Origin: Candidatus Rokuibacteriota bacterium
GTDB lineage: Bacteria > Methylomirabilota > Methylomirabilia > Rokubacteriales > DASRDR01
Assembly (NCBI GenBank): GCA_044866005.1
Contig: JBIOTN010000210.1
Location: 1 to 20,336, forward strand
Reading direction: 5' to 3'
Length of the DNA: 20,336 bases
Shown: piece after piece, positions 1 to 9,390 of the stretch
Layout: each line of letters begins with the position of its first letter
How positions within the stretch are numbered: the stretch's first letter is position 1
Program-made: the position numbers and the translations under genes
Notes under the pieces: generated by a model
What the model saw: only the letters and a program-made list of their open reading frames with translations
Told to the model about the DNA's origin: nothing
The model's database searches: none

Positions 1-464
<464 letters not shown>

Positions 465-514
465 GCCTGTCCTCCTCGGTGGAGCGCTCGCCGGCGCGGA
501 CTACGAAGAAGAAC

Positions 515-590
515 TGGAGCCCATGACCGGACTTGAACCGGTGACCCCGTCCTTACCAAGGACGTGCTCTGCCGACTGAGCTACATGGGC
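515..590 (-). tRNA. tRNA-Thr(GGT)
   Basis: GCCCATGTAGCTCAGTCGGCAGAGCACGTCCTTGGTAAGGACG...GGTTCAAGTCC...ATGGGCTCCA. Cloverleaf with anticodon loop TTGGTAA and encoded CCA. Confidence 0.98.
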
Positions 591-658
591 GTCGATCATC
601 AGCCGTTCCACTGGCGGCGCCGGGGCCGTGCGGCCATGCCCGCGGAACCCGAGTGGTC

Positions 659-733
659 TGGAGCGGGAAACGGGATTCGAACCCGCGACCCCCAGCTTGG
701 AAGGCTGGCGCTCTACCACTGAGCTATTCCCGC
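659..733 (-). tRNA. tRNA-Gly(TCC)
   Basis: GCGGGAATAGCTCAGTGGTAGAGCGCCAGCCTTCCAAGCTGG...GGTTCGAATCC...CCCGCTCCA. Anticodon loop CTTCCAA, encoded CCA. Confidence 0.98.
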
Positions 734-766
734 CCGTCCACCGATTTCCGGAGGCCGGCGACGGTA

Positions 767-852
767 TGGTGGCGAGGGGAGGATTCGAACCCCCGAAGGC
801 GTTCGCCAGCAGATTTACAGTCTGCCCCCGTTGGCCGCTTGGGTACCTCGCC
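767..852 (-). tRNA. tRNA-Tyr(GTA)
   Basis: GGCGAGGTACCCAAGCGGCCAACGGGGGCAGACTGTAAATCTGC, long variable arm, GGTTCGAATCC...TCGCCACCA. Confidence 0.98.
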
Positions 853-943
853 ATCCGGTCCGCCGACTCCGAAGGACCACCCGCGTGCGGGCGAACCTCG
901 GACGTGATGTCCCGCCCGATGAGCCGCCCCCGGTCTCGCCAGA

Positions 944-1018
944 TGGAGCTGGCGAAGGGATTTGAACCCCCGACCTGCTGCTTACAAGGCAGCCGCTCTA
1001 CCCCTGAGCTACGCCAGC
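944..1018 (-). tRNA. tRNA-Thr(TGT)
   Basis: GCTGGCGTAGCTCAGGGGTAGAGCGGCTGCCTTGTAAGCAGC...GGTTCAAATCC...GCCAGCTCCA. Completes the classic thrU-tyrU-glyT-thrT-tufB arrangement. Confidence 0.98.
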
Positions 1019-1033
1019 AAGCGACAAAACTTC

Positions 1034-1062
1034 ATCCTATTTGCCCAATCCCCGCCTGTCAA
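1034..1062 (-). promoter_or_regulatory. Sigma70-type promoter of the tRNA-tuf operon
   Basis: TTGACA (1062-1057), 17-bp spacer, TAGGAT (1039-1034), an A-tract just upstream of the -35, and 15 nt between the -10 and tRNA-Thr(TGT). Confidence 0.85.
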
Positions 1063-1909
1063 CCACATTTTTGCCGCGGGGCTCTGGCCCCCCGCCCGGC
1101 CCGTCGAGCGGGCCCGGCCGTGAGCCCGTCGCCGCTCTCGCCGACGCCCTCGCCCGCGGCGCCGTGCGCTGGCGGCAGACCTCGTAGAGGAGGGCCGCGC
1201 CCGCGGCCCCGACGTTCAGGGACTCGACCCGGCCGGCCAGGGGGATGCGGGTCAGGACGTCGCACCGCCGGGCGACCAGGGGCCGGAGCCCCCGCCCTTC
1301 GCTCCCCAGCACGAGGGCCAGCGGTCCCCGGAGGTCGAGCTCCCAGGGAGGGGGGCCGCCCTGTTCGGCCGCCGTCGCGCCCACCACCCAGTAGCCCTCG
1401 GCCTTTAAGATCTCCAGCGTCTGGGCGAGGTTTCCGACCCGGGCCACCGGCAGATACTCGAGCGCCCCGGCGGCCGCCTTGGCGGCCGCGGCGGTGAGGC
1501 CGACCGCCTGGTGACGCAGCACGATGGCCCCGTGCACCCCGAGGGCCTCGGCGGTCCGCAGGAGGTGACCGAGGTTCCCCGGGTCCTGGATCTGGTCGAG
1601 GAGGAGCAACAGGCCAGGGTCCCCTCGCCGCCGGGGCGCGTCCAGCAAGGTCTCGAGCGAGGCATACGGCCAGGCCGCCACGCGGGCCACGACCCCCTGG
1701 TGGTGGGGCGTCCCGGCCAGGGCCGTCAGCGCCGACCGCGAGGCCTGGGAGCACCGGACCCCCGCCTGCCGGGCCAGGGCGACGAGCGCCGCCGTCCGGC
1801 CCTCCTCCACCCGCTCGACCAGCACCTCCTCGATCCGGCGGGCGCCGCTTCGGATCGCCTCCCGGACGGGATGCTGACCGTAGAGGATCAGCGACTCGCC
1901 GGCCGCCAT
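1037..1909 (-). CDS. rlmB: 23S rRNA (Gm2251) 2'-O-methyltransferase, TrmH/SpoU family
   Basis: 3' part of track ORF 1037..2743 from [23 protein letters not shown] motifs LDQIQDPGNLG, LVLGSEGRGL and RIPLAGRVESLNVGAA. Follows cysS as usual. Confidence 0.93.
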   Translation of the reverse strand: MAAGESLILYGQHPVREAIRSGARRIEEVLVERVEEGRTAALVALARQAGVRCSQASRSALTALAGTPHHQGVVARVAAWPYASLETLLDAPRRRGDPGLLLLLDQIQDPGNLGHLLRTAEALGVHGAIVLRHQAVGLTAAAAKAAAGALEYLPVARVGNLAQTLEILKAEGYWVVGATAAEQGGPPPWELDLRGPLALVLGSEGRGLRPLVARRCDVLTRIPLAGRVESLNVGAAGAALLYEVCRQRTAPRARASARAATGSRPGPLDGPGGGPEPRGKNVVDRRGLGK

Positions 1910-3321
1910 CGCCACGTCCAGATCGTCCCGGCCGGCGTGTCCTCGACCACGACACCGAGGGCGGCGAGCTGGGCGCGCAGGGCATCCGCCTCGGCCCATT
2001 CGCGGCGCCGCCGCGCCTCGTCCCGCAGGCGCACCAGTCGCTCGATCTCCTCGCGCCGGCCGGGCGGGAGCTCGGCCGATCCGTCGCCGACAAAAAGCCC
2101 CAGCACGGCCCCGAGGCGCCGCAGCACGCCGACCCCCGCGGCCGTGGCGGGCACGCCCGCCTCGCCCCGAATCGTCTGGAGGGCGCGCGCCAGGTCGAAG
2201 AGCGCCGCCAGCGCCTGAGGCGTGTTGAAGTCGTCGTCCATGGCCTCGCCGAACCGGCGGGTGGCCTCCTCGGTCAGGGTCTGCATCGCCTCTCCCGCCG
2301 GCCGCGGCGCGCTTGCCACGCCGTCGCTGGCCCGTCCGGCGTCGGCCCCGTCGAGGAGCGCCCGGAACCGCTCGAGCGCGCGCCCGGCCTCCGCGAGCCG
2401 CGTCTCGCTGAACTCGAGCGGGTGGCGGTAGTGGGCGCCGAGGAGCGCCAGCCGCACCGTGTCGGCGTCGTGCCGCCGGCGCACTTCCTCGACGGTGAGG
2501 ACGTTGCCGAGCGACTTCGACATCTTCTCCGTTGCCAGGTTGACGAAGCCGTTGTGGAGCCAGTAGCGGACGAACTGCTGGCCGGTCACCGCCTCGCTCT
2601 GGGCGATCTCGTTCTCGTGATGCGGGAAAACGAGGTCCTGACCGCCGCCGTGGATGTCGAAGCTCGGCCCGAGATAGTGCATCGACATGGCGGAGCACTC
2701 GATGTGCCAGCCCGGACGACCCGGCCCCCAGGGGCTCGCCCATTCGGGCTCGCCGGGCTTCGACGCCTTCCAGAGCGCGAAGTCGAGCGGATCCCGCTTC
2801 CGCTCGTCCACCTCGACACGGGCGCCCGCCCGGAGCTCCTCCAGGCTGCGCCCCGACAGCCGGCCGTAGGGCGGGAAGCGGCGGACTTCGAAGTAGACGT
2901 CGCCGTCCAGGACGTAGGCGACGCCTCCGGCGACGAGCCGCTCGATGAGCTCGATCATCTGCGGAATGTGCTCGGTCGCCCGCGGCTCGACGTCCCCCGG
3001 CTCGATGCCGAGCGCCGCCATGTCGCGGCGGTACGCCACGACGTAGCGCTCCGCCAGCTCGTGCGGCGGCTCACCGGTCTCGGCGGCCCGCGCGATGATC
3101 TTGTCATCCACGTCGGTGAAGTTGCGCACGAAGCGCACCCGGTAGCCACGGAACCGGAGGTGCCGGCGGATCACGTCGTAGACCAGCGCGCTCCGGGCGT
3201 GGCCGAGATGAGCGCGGTCGTAGACGGTCGGCCCGCAGACGTACATCCGCACCGCGCCCGGGTCCGCGGGCTGGAACGCCTCCTTGTCGCGCGCCAGCGA
3301 GTTGTGGACGCGGAGGCTCAT
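1888..3321 (-). CDS. cysS: Cysteine--tRNA ligase
   Basis: [16 protein letters not shown] (HIGH), [40 protein letters not shown]. Confidence 0.99.
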   Translation of the reverse strand: MSLRVHNSLARDKEAFQPADPGAVRMYVCGPTVYDRAHLGHARSALVYDVIRRHLRFRGYRVRFVRNFTDVDDKIIARAAETGEPPHELAERYVVAYRRDMAALGIEPGDVEPRATEHIPQMIELIERLVAGGVAYVLDGDVYFEVRRFPPYGRLSGRSLEELRAGARVEVDERKRDPLDFALWKASKPGEPEWASPWGPGRPGWHIECSAMSMHYLGPSFDIHGGGQDLVFPHHENEIAQSEAVTGQQFVRYWLHNGFVNLATEKMSKSLGNVLTVEEVRRRHDADTVRLALLGAHYRHPLEFSETRLAEAGRALERFRALLDGADAGRASDGVASAPRPAGEAMQTLTEEATRRFGEAMDDDFNTPQALAALFDLARALQTIRGEAGVPATAAGVGVLRRLGAVLGLFVGDGSAELPPGRREEIERLVRLRDEARRRREWAEADALRAQLAALGVVVEDTPAGTIWTWRWRPASR

Positions 3322-3359
3322 CGCGGAGGCGGAGCGACGGGGGGGCGCCGGACGCTCAA
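3318..3359 (-). CDS. Putative 13-aa bridging micro-ORF between ispF and cysS ([13 protein letters not shown])
   Basis: TTG start overlaps the ispF stop (TTGA) and the TGA overlaps the cysS start (ATGA). Supported by position only. Confidence 0.3.
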   Translation of the reverse strand: MSVRRPPVAPPPR

Positions 3360-3844
3360 CCCTCGACCTCGACGAGCGCGACGGCCATCGCGGCCACGCC
3401 CTCCTGGCGACCCAGGGCGCCGAGCCCTTCGGCGCGCTTGACCTTGACGCTCACGCGCTCCACCGCGAGCTCGAGCGTCTCCGCCAGGCGCTTCCGCATC
3501 GCGTCGAGCCATTCGGCCAGGCGCGGGCCCTCGGCGACCAGCGTCGCGTCCACGTTGGCGAGGCGGCCGCCGTGCTCCCGCACGCGCGCCGCGACCGCGG
3601 CGAGGAGGACCAGGCTGGAGACCCCGCGGTACCGCGGGTCGGTGTCCGGGAAGTGCCGGCCGAGGTCGCCGAGCGCGAGCGCCCCGAGGAGGGCGTCCGC
3701 GACGGCGTGGGTGAGGACGTCGGCGTCGGAGTGTCCCGCGAGGCCACGCTCGGCCGGGACCTCGACCCCGCCGAGGACGAGCGGCCGGCCGGGGACGAAC
3801 GGGTGGACGTCGAAGCCGAACCCGACCCGGGTGCGAGGGCTCAT
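3356..3844 (-). CDS. ispF: 2-C-methyl-D-erythritol 2,4-cyclodiphosphate synthase
   Basis: MSPRTRVGFGFDVHPF...LVLGGV...GHSDADVLTHAVADALLGA...GDLGRHFPDTD. ATGA overlap with the ispD stop. Confidence 0.97.
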   Translation of the reverse strand: MSPRTRVGFGFDVHPFVPGRPLVLGGVEVPAERGLAGHSDADVLTHAVADALLGALALGDLGRHFPDTDPRYRGVSSLVLLAAVAARVREHGGRLANVDATLVAEGPRLAEWLDAMRKRLAETLELAVERVSVKVKRAEGLGALGRQEGVAAMAVALVEVEG

Positions 3845-4599
3845 CGGGCCGCGCCCGGCGCGCGGAGGAGGGCGCGCGCGAGCGGCAGGTCCTCCGGCCG
3901 GGTGATTTTCAGGTTCGCCGCGATCCCGGCGACCAGCCGGACGGGCACCCCGAGCCGCTCGACGAGCGCCGCGTCGTCCGTGGCGTGGATCCCCTCCGCC
4001 CGGGCCCGACGGTGGGCCTCCCGCAGGAGGTCGGCCCGGAACGCCTGCGGCGTCTGGACGGTCCAGAGGCCGTCCCGGTCCACCGTCTCTTTCACCCACT
4101 CCCCGAGCCCGCGCTTGACCGTCTCGGCGAGCGGCAAGGCGGCGATCGCCGCCCCGTGGGCCCGCGCCGCCGCGAGGACCCGGACGACGAGGCCCGGCGT
4201 GACGCACGGCCGGGCCCCGTCGTGGACGACGATCCAACCGGCCTCGGCCGGCACGGCTGCGAGCCCTCGGGCGACCGACGCCTGGCGCTCCGCGCCGCCC
4301 GGGACGACGGCCCGCACCTTGCGGCAGCCGGCGAGACGCCGGCGCCAGGCCAGGACGTCCTCGGCCGGGACCGCGACCACGACGCCCCGGATCCCGCGCG
4401 TCCGCTCGAAGACCTGGACCGTCCAGCGCAGCACGGGGCGTCCCCCCATCGGCAGGCCCTGCTTCTTCCGCCCCATGCGGGCGCCGCGGCCGGCGGCCGG
4501 GATGACGGCCCACACGCCGCCCGACGAGGCGCGCGCCGCAGCACGACGTCGCAGGGCTGGGGGGCGCGACGAGGCGCGCGAACCCGCCCGGCCGCTCAT
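3841..4599 (-). CDS. ispD: 2-C-methyl-D-erythritol 4-phosphate cytidylyltransferase
   Basis: AVIPAAGRGARMG, GGAERQASV, VVHDGARP, VQTPQAF, TDDA, NLKITRPEDL. Start ATG 4599 overlaps the upstream stop (ATGA). Confidence 0.96.
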   Translation of the reverse strand: MSGRAGSRASSRPPALRRRAAARASSGGVWAVIPAAGRGARMGRKKQGLPMGGRPVLRWTVQVFERTRGIRGVVVAVPAEDVLAWRRRLAGCRKVRAVVPGGAERQASVARGLAAVPAEAGWIVVHDGARPCVTPGLVVRVLAAARAHGAAIAALPLAETVKRGLGEWVKETVDRDGLWTVQTPQAFRADLLREAHRRARAEGIHATDDAALVERLGVPVRLVAGIAANLKITRPEDLPLARALLRAPGAAR

Positions 4600-5678
4600 C
4601 GCCGGGCCGCGGCCTCTTCGTCGCCGAGCCGCGTGAAGATCATCCGTCCCGCGGCGGTCTGGAGGACGGAAGTCACGGTCACGTGGATGGTCTGGCCGAG
4701 GTATTTCTTTCCCTGGTCGATGACGACCATCGTCCCGTCGTCGAGATACGCCACGCCCTGTCCGGGCTCCTTGCCCTCCCGCAGGACGTGCACCTGGAGC
4801 ACCTCGCCGGGCAGGAAGACCGGGCGCAGCGCGTTGGCGAGCTCGTTGACGTTCAGCACGCGCATCCCGTGGAGCTCGGCGACCTTGTTCAGGTTGTAGT
4901 CGTTGGTGACGATCGTGCCGCTGACGGCGCGCGCGGTCTCGATGAGGCGGCGGTCCACCTCCCGGATGTGCGGGAAGTCGAGGTCGTGAAGCTCCGTTCG
5001 CACCTTCGGCATCCGCTGGAGCTTTCCGAGCACGTCGAGGCCGCGGCGGCCCCGGTTGCGCTTGAGCGTATCCGAGGAATCGGCGATCTGGTGCAGCTCC
5101 CGAAGGACGTACTGCGGGATCAAGAGCGTCCCTTCCAGGAAGCCCGCCTCGCAGACGTCCGCGATCCGGCCATCGATGATCACGCTGGTGTCGAGGATCT
5201 TGTAGCTCTCGGCGCGCGGCGGCGCGGTGCTCGGAAATACCCAGCGGGTCAAGCCGCCCAGCTCCTCCTCGCGCCGGAGCGCGAAGACGACGCCGATGTA
5301 CGCGAGGAGGAGCGTGAGAAAGCCGCGGCCGGCGGGGGTGCCGATCGCGGGCACGACGACGAGCAGCGCCGCGGCGACGAGCTGGGCCAGGAAGACCCCG
5401 ACGAGCGCGCCCAGGGCGCCCACGAAGAGGCGCGCGAGCGGGACGTGTCGCGCGGCCTGCTCGAGGGCGAGCACGGCCAGCCCGGCCGCGATCCCGGACA
5501 GGACGCCGCCGAAGGCCCACACGGGCCAGGGCAGCGGAAGCGTCAGCGAGTCCGCCAGGAGGAAGCCTCCGTAGCCGACGAGCGCGAGGAAGACGACCCG
5601 GGCCGGGGTCATGGGCACCCACCGGCGGGGGGGCGCCGCGGGCCGCGTCGAGGGACCGGGCTGTTGGGGCGCCATCAT
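4596..5678 (-). CDS. Membrane-anchored PIN/TRAM domain protein (YacL-like)
   Basis: About four N-terminal hydrophobic segments, then PIN motifs KILDTSVIIDGRI, RGRRGLD and IVTNDYNLNKVA, then a TRAM domain GKEPGQGVAYLDDGTMVV...QTAAGRMIF. radA/ispD context as for Bacillus yacL. Confidence 0.93.
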   Translation of the reverse strand: MMAPQQPGPSTRPAAPPRRWVPMTPARVVFLALVGYGGFLLADSLTLPLPWPVWAFGGVLSGIAAGLAVLALEQAARHVPLARLFVGALGALVGVFLAQLVAAALLVVVPAIGTPAGRGFLTLLLAYIGVVFALRREEELGGLTRWVFPSTAPPRAESYKILDTSVIIDGRIADVCEAGFLEGTLLIPQYVLRELHQIADSSDTLKRNRGRRGLDVLGKLQRMPKVRTELHDLDFPHIREVDRRLIETARAVSGTIVTNDYNLNKVAELHGMRVLNVNELANALRPVFLPGEVLQVHVLREGKEPGQGVAYLDDGTMVVIDQGKKYLGQTIHVTVTSVLQTAAGRMIFTRLGDEEAAARR

Positions 5679-7036
5679 CGGATCAGAAGGCCCAGGGCCT
5701 CCTCCAGGGTGGCCACCCCGTGCACCTCGAGGGGGTAGCGGCTGTCGGCGACGAGGCTCGAGCGCGGCACGACCGCCGTCCGGAACCCGAGCGCCGCGGC
5801 CTCGGCGAGTCGCGGCTCGAGGCCGCTGATGCCGCGCACCTCGCCGGTGAGTCCCACCTCGCCGAGCAGGACGGCATCATGGGCCACGGGGCGCTCGGCG
5901 TAGCTCGAGGCGGCGGCGACGACGATGCCGAGGTCCGCGGCGGGCTCCTGGCACCGGACGCCGCCCGCCACGTTCACGAAGACGTCCTGGTTCTGCAGCG
6001 GAAAGCCGGCGCGCTTCTCCAGCACGGCGAGCAGGAGGCACACGCGGTTGTAATCCGCGCCGAGCACGGTCCGGCGCGGCGTGCCGAAGTGGGCGGGGCT
6101 CGCCAGCGCCTGGAGCTCGAGGAGGAGCGGGCGCGTCCCCTCCAGCGCGACGACGATGACCGAGCCCGGCGCCCCCCGCGGCCGCTCGGCGAGGAAGACG
6201 GCGGAGGGGTTCGCGACCTCCGCGAGCCCGCGGCCCGTCATCTCGAAGACGCCGATCTCGTTGGTCGACCCGAACCGGTTCTTCACGGCGCGGAGGATGC
6301 GGTAGCTCGCGTGCCGCTCGCCTTCGAAGTAGAGGACGGTGTCCACGAGGTGCTCGAGGACGCGCGGGCCGGCGATCGCGCCCTCCTTGGTCACGTGCCC
6401 GACGAGGAAGACGGCGAGCCCGCGCGTCTTGGCGAGCGTCATGAGCCGCGCCCCGCACTCGCGGACCTGGCTCACGCTGCCGGGCGCCGATTCGAGGTCG
6501 CCGAGATGCACGGTCTGGATCGAGTCCACCACGAGGACGCGCGGCGCCGCGGCCGCGACCTCGGCCTCGATCGCCTCGACGGCGGTCTCGGCGAGGAGGA
6601 AGAGCGCCTTGGCGCTGAGCCCGAGACGATCCGCCCGGAGCTTGACCTGGGCCGCGGACTCCTCCCCGGACACGTAGAGGACCGGGCCCGCCGCCTCGGC
6701 GAGCGCGCGGCAGGCCTGGAGGAGCAGCGTGGACTTGCCGATGCCTGGATCGCCGCCGATCAGGATCAGCGAGCCGGCCACGACCCCCCCGCCCAGGACC
6801 CGGTCGAGCTCGGCGATCCCCGTGCGGACCCGCTCGGCGTCGCCGCCGGCGACGTCCTCCAGCCGGAGCGGCCGGGCGCCGGTGAGGGCGACCGCGCCGC
6901 GCCGCCCCACCCGGGGCAGCGGAGCCGTGCGCTCCTCCGCCATCGTGTTGAACTCGCCACAGTCCGGGCAGCGGCCGTACCACTTCCCCGTCTGGAAGCC
7001 GCAGGCCTGGCAGCGGTAGACCGAGGTCGGCTTCAT
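5675..7036 (-). CDS. radA: DNA repair protein RadA/Sms
   Basis: C4 zinc finger CQAC...CPDC, Walker A GGDPGIGKS, KNRFG motif, C-terminal Lon-like domain GEVGLTGEVR. Confidence 0.98.
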   Translation of the reverse strand: MKPTSVYRCQACGFQTGKWYGRCPDCGEFNTMAEERTAPLPRVGRRGAVALTGARPLRLEDVAGGDAERVRTGIAELDRVLGGGVVAGSLILIGGDPGIGKSTLLLQACRALAEAAGPVLYVSGEESAAQVKLRADRLGLSAKALFLLAETAVEAIEAEVAAAAPRVLVVDSIQTVHLGDLESAPGSVSQVRECGARLMTLAKTRGLAVFLVGHVTKEGAIAGPRVLEHLVDTVLYFEGERHASYRILRAVKNRFGSTNEIGVFEMTGRGLAEVANPSAVFLAERPRGAPGSVIVVALEGTRPLLLELQALASPAHFGTPRRTVLGADYNRVCLLLAVLEKRAGFPLQNQDVFVNVAGGVRCQEPAADLGIVVAAASSYAERPVAHDAVLLGEVGLTGEVRGISGLEPRLAEAAALGFRTAVVPRSSLVADSRYPLEVHGVATLEEALGLLIR

Positions 7037-8511
7037 CGCGCGCCGGCCCCTCCCCGCCCGATGGCCGCGCGGATCAGCGCGCGGAGGAGGACGCTCCGCT
7101 GCGCGCCCTCCAGGAACGCCGCGAGGTTCTCGTAGATCGTCGGGTCGGCGAGAAGGCCGCCGACCGTGCCCTCGCCCGCCTCGACGCGGGTCGTGATGTC
7201 CCGGAGGTTCGCCATCGCGGCGCGCAGGTCGGCGAGCGCCTCGCCCAGCCGCGCGTCCCCGGCCAGGTCGTCCGCGAGCCGCCCGAGGCCGGCGAGCCCG
7301 GCAGCGGCCTGCTTGGCGACGTCCTCGGTGCCCGGCTGGGTGAGGCGTCCGAGCAACCCGTCGCCGTGCGCGACCCGTCCCGTCACCTCGCGGAAGTGGC
7401 GCGCCGTCTCGCGGAGGTCCGCGACGATGGCCTTGCCCTGGGGGTCGAAGAGCATGGCCTGGAGCAGACCGTCGCTCTCGCGGGCCCGGTCCACGGTCTG
7501 CGCGAACCCCTCGGCGGCCAGCGTGATGCGCTTCAGGGCGCGGGCCGCCTCCTGGTCCCGGAGGAGGAGTCCCAGCGCGCCCTCGCCGCGCTCCACCGAG
7601 GCGACGAGCGTGCCGGCGCGCGCGAGCAGGCGGTCGAGGTCCTGGACCACCTGACTCTCGCCGTAGATCAGCGCGTGGAGGAATCCCTGGCCCTCCTCGA
7701 CCTGACGCACGACCCGGTTCACGCGCTCCATGGCGCCGCGGGCCTCCCGGACCGCCCCGCGCGCCTCCTCCACCAGGCCGGCGGTCTTGGGATCCCCGAG
7801 CAGCGTGTCGAGCCGCTTCACGGTCGCGGTCACCTGCGCGAGCGCGGCGGCGGCCTCGGTGACCGCGTTGCCGAGCCGCGGGTCGTAGACCAGGCGATGG
7901 AGCAGCCCCTGCCCCTTCTCGATCTCGGTCGTGAGGGCGCGGAGGGCGCGCACGGTCTCGACCAGGTCGGGACCGGCCGTGCTCTCGGTCGCCTTCGCGA
8001 TGGTGGTCTTGAGGTCGGAGGAGATCTCGACCAGGTTCCGCAAGAGCTCCGTCCCCTGCTTCATCAGTCGATTGGTGTCCAGCGGCTCCTCGGTGCGGAC
8101 CTCGGCCCCCTCCGGGAGCACGGCGGCGCCCGGACTCCCCAGGCTGACCTCGACGATCTTGTCGCCGAGGAGCCCCAGCGTCTCGATGCGGGCGACCGAG
8201 TCCGCCCGCACGCGGCTCTGCACGCGCCGCACGATGGTCAGCTCGACCTCGACCTTCGCCCCGCGCGACTCGGGGAGGCGGATGGCCGTGACCCGGCCGA
8301 CCGGCACGCCGGCCAGGCGCACCGTGGCGCCTTCGATCAGCCCGCCGATCTGGGTGAATCCGGCGAGCAGGTGGTACTGGCGCTCGAACAGGCCCGCCTG
8401 GCGGCCCAGGAAGAAGATCAGGCCGACGAGCGCCACGAGCGCGGCGAGGATGAAGATGCCGACCCGGATCTGGAGCAGCGTGCGCGCCCGGCCGGGCTGG
8501 GTCGTCTCCAT
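7033..8511 (-). CDS. MCE/MlaD-family protein with a long helical, repeat-containing C-terminus
   Basis: N-terminal TM (VGIFILAALVALVGLIFFLG), MCE domain (GGLIEGATVRLAGVPVGRV...TLGLLGDKIVEV), then ~350 aa of apparently helical sequence. Downstream of mlaE/mlaF. Confidence 0.9.
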   Translation of the reverse strand: METTQPGRARTLLQIRVGIFILAALVALVGLIFFLGRQAGLFERQYHLLAGFTQIGGLIEGATVRLAGVPVGRVTAIRLPESRGAKVEVELTIVRRVQSRVRADSVARIETLGLLGDKIVEVSLGSPGAAVLPEGAEVRTEEPLDTNRLMKQGTELLRNLVEISSDLKTTIAKATESTAGPDLVETVRALRALTTEIEKGQGLLHRLVYDPRLGNAVTEAAAALAQVTATVKRLDTLLGDPKTAGLVEEARGAVREARGAMERVNRVVRQVEEGQGFLHALIYGESQVVQDLDRLLARAGTLVASVERGEGALGLLLRDQEAARALKRITLAAEGFAQTVDRARESDGLLQAMLFDPQGKAIVADLRETARHFREVTGRVAHGDGLLGRLTQPGTEDVAKQAAAGLAGLGRLADDLAGDARLGEALADLRAAMANLRDITTRVEAGEGTVGGLLADPTIYENLAAFLEGAQRSVLLRALIRAAIGRGGAGAR

Positions 8512-8518
8512 CGGCGTC

Positions 8519-9265
8519 TCAGACCCGCAGCTCGCCGGCGAGGAAGGCCTGCACCTCGCTCTGGCGGGACTCGAAGACCTCCTCCGGCGGCCCGAGCTGC
8601 GCGATGCGGCCGCGGATGAGGATGGCGATGAGGTCGGACACCCGTCGGGCGAACTCGAGGTCGTGCGTGACGATCATCGAGGTCTCCGAGACGCCCTGCG
8701 CCTTGAGGCCCTCGACCAGCTCGGTGATGAGCCGCGCGTTGGTGGGGTCGAGCCCGGCCGTCGGCTCGTCGTAGAGAACGAGCTCGGGGCCCAGGACGAG
8801 CGCGCGGGCGATCCCCACCCGCTTCCGCATGCCCCCGGAGAGCTCGGCGGGCAGCTTCGCATCCACCTCCCGCAGGCCGACCAGCTCGAGCCGCTGGTGG
8901 ACGCGTGCCGCCACCTCGGCCTCCGGGAGCCGGGCGTGCTCGCGCAGCGGGTAGGCGACGTTCTCGTAGACCGTGAGCGAGTCGAACAGGGCCGCGCCCT
9001 GGAAGACGAACCCCATCCGCTGCCGCAGCGGCAGCATGGCCTCCTCGCGGAGCGGCGGCGTCTCGACGCCGAGGACCTCGATCCGGCCGCGCTCCGGCTT
9101 GATGAGGCCGGCCGTCAGCCGGAGGAGCACCGTCTTGCCCGAGCCGCTTCCGCCCATCACGCTGACCGTCGTGCCCTTCGGCACCTCGAGGTCCAGCCCC
9201 TGGAGGACGGCGTGGCCGTCGAACGACTTCCACACGCCCTCGAACCGAGCCGCTGCCTCGCCCAT
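8519..9265 (-). CDS. mlaF: ABC ATPase, MlaF/Mkl family
   Basis: Walker A GGSGSGKT, FQGAALFDSLTVYENVA, signature LSGGMRKR, Walker B LYDEPTAGLDP, H-loop VTHD. Confidence 0.9.
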   Translation of the reverse strand: MGEAAARFEGVWKSFDGHAVLQGLDLEVPKGTTVSVMGGSGSGKTVLLRLTAGLIKPERGRIEVLGVETPPLREEAMLPLRQRMGFVFQGAALFDSLTVYENVAYPLREHARLPEAEVAARVHQRLELVGLREVDAKLPAELSGGMRKRVGIARALVLGPELVLYDEPTAGLDPTNARLITELVEGLKAQGVSETSMIVTHDLEFARRVSDLIAILIRGRIAQLGPPEEVFESRQSEVQAFLAGELRV

Positions 9266-9390
9266 CAGGGTCTTCGGCGGGGGGCGCGGCCCCCCTCCGG
9301 CCCGAACACGGCGCCGGCACGGCCGGCTCGGAGCGCTTCGCTCCGACGCGCGCGGGGCGTCGTCATTGCGTCGGCATCCTCTCTCCGCAT
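9265..9390 (-). CDS. Putative 41-aa bridging peptide in repeat copy B (MRREDADAMTTPRARRSEALRAGRAGAVFGPEGGRAPRRRP)
   Basis: ATG 4 nt after the mlaE TAG; TGA overlaps the mlaF ATG (TGATG). Homologous to the peptide at 14389-14508. Confidence 0.5.
   Translation of the reverse strand: MRREDADAMTTPRARRSEALRAGRAGAVFGPEGGRAPRRRP

Noticed and set aside
515..1018. tRNA cluster as an integration site or CRISPR-like periodicity
   Set aside because: No integrase, no duplicated tRNA 3' end, and no regularly spaced identical repeats or cas genes anywhere in the window.
1098..1114. GGCCCG-TCGAG-CGGGCC hairpin as a terminator for rlmB
   Set aside because: Short stem inside the ORF tail with no following U-tract on the minus strand.
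501..1497. ORFs 501..854, 628..1497 and 653..907
   Set aside because: They overlap four intact tRNA genes.
4522..4580. 14-bp direct repeat CGACGAGGCGCGCG (4522-4535, 4567-4580)
   Set aside because: Only two copies within the IspD leader; a small local duplication or chance, not an array.
4596..5678. PIN domain as a VapC toxin or defence system
   Set aside because: TM-PIN-TRAM architecture and radA/ispD context match housekeeping YacL-like proteins; no antitoxin gene is adjacent.
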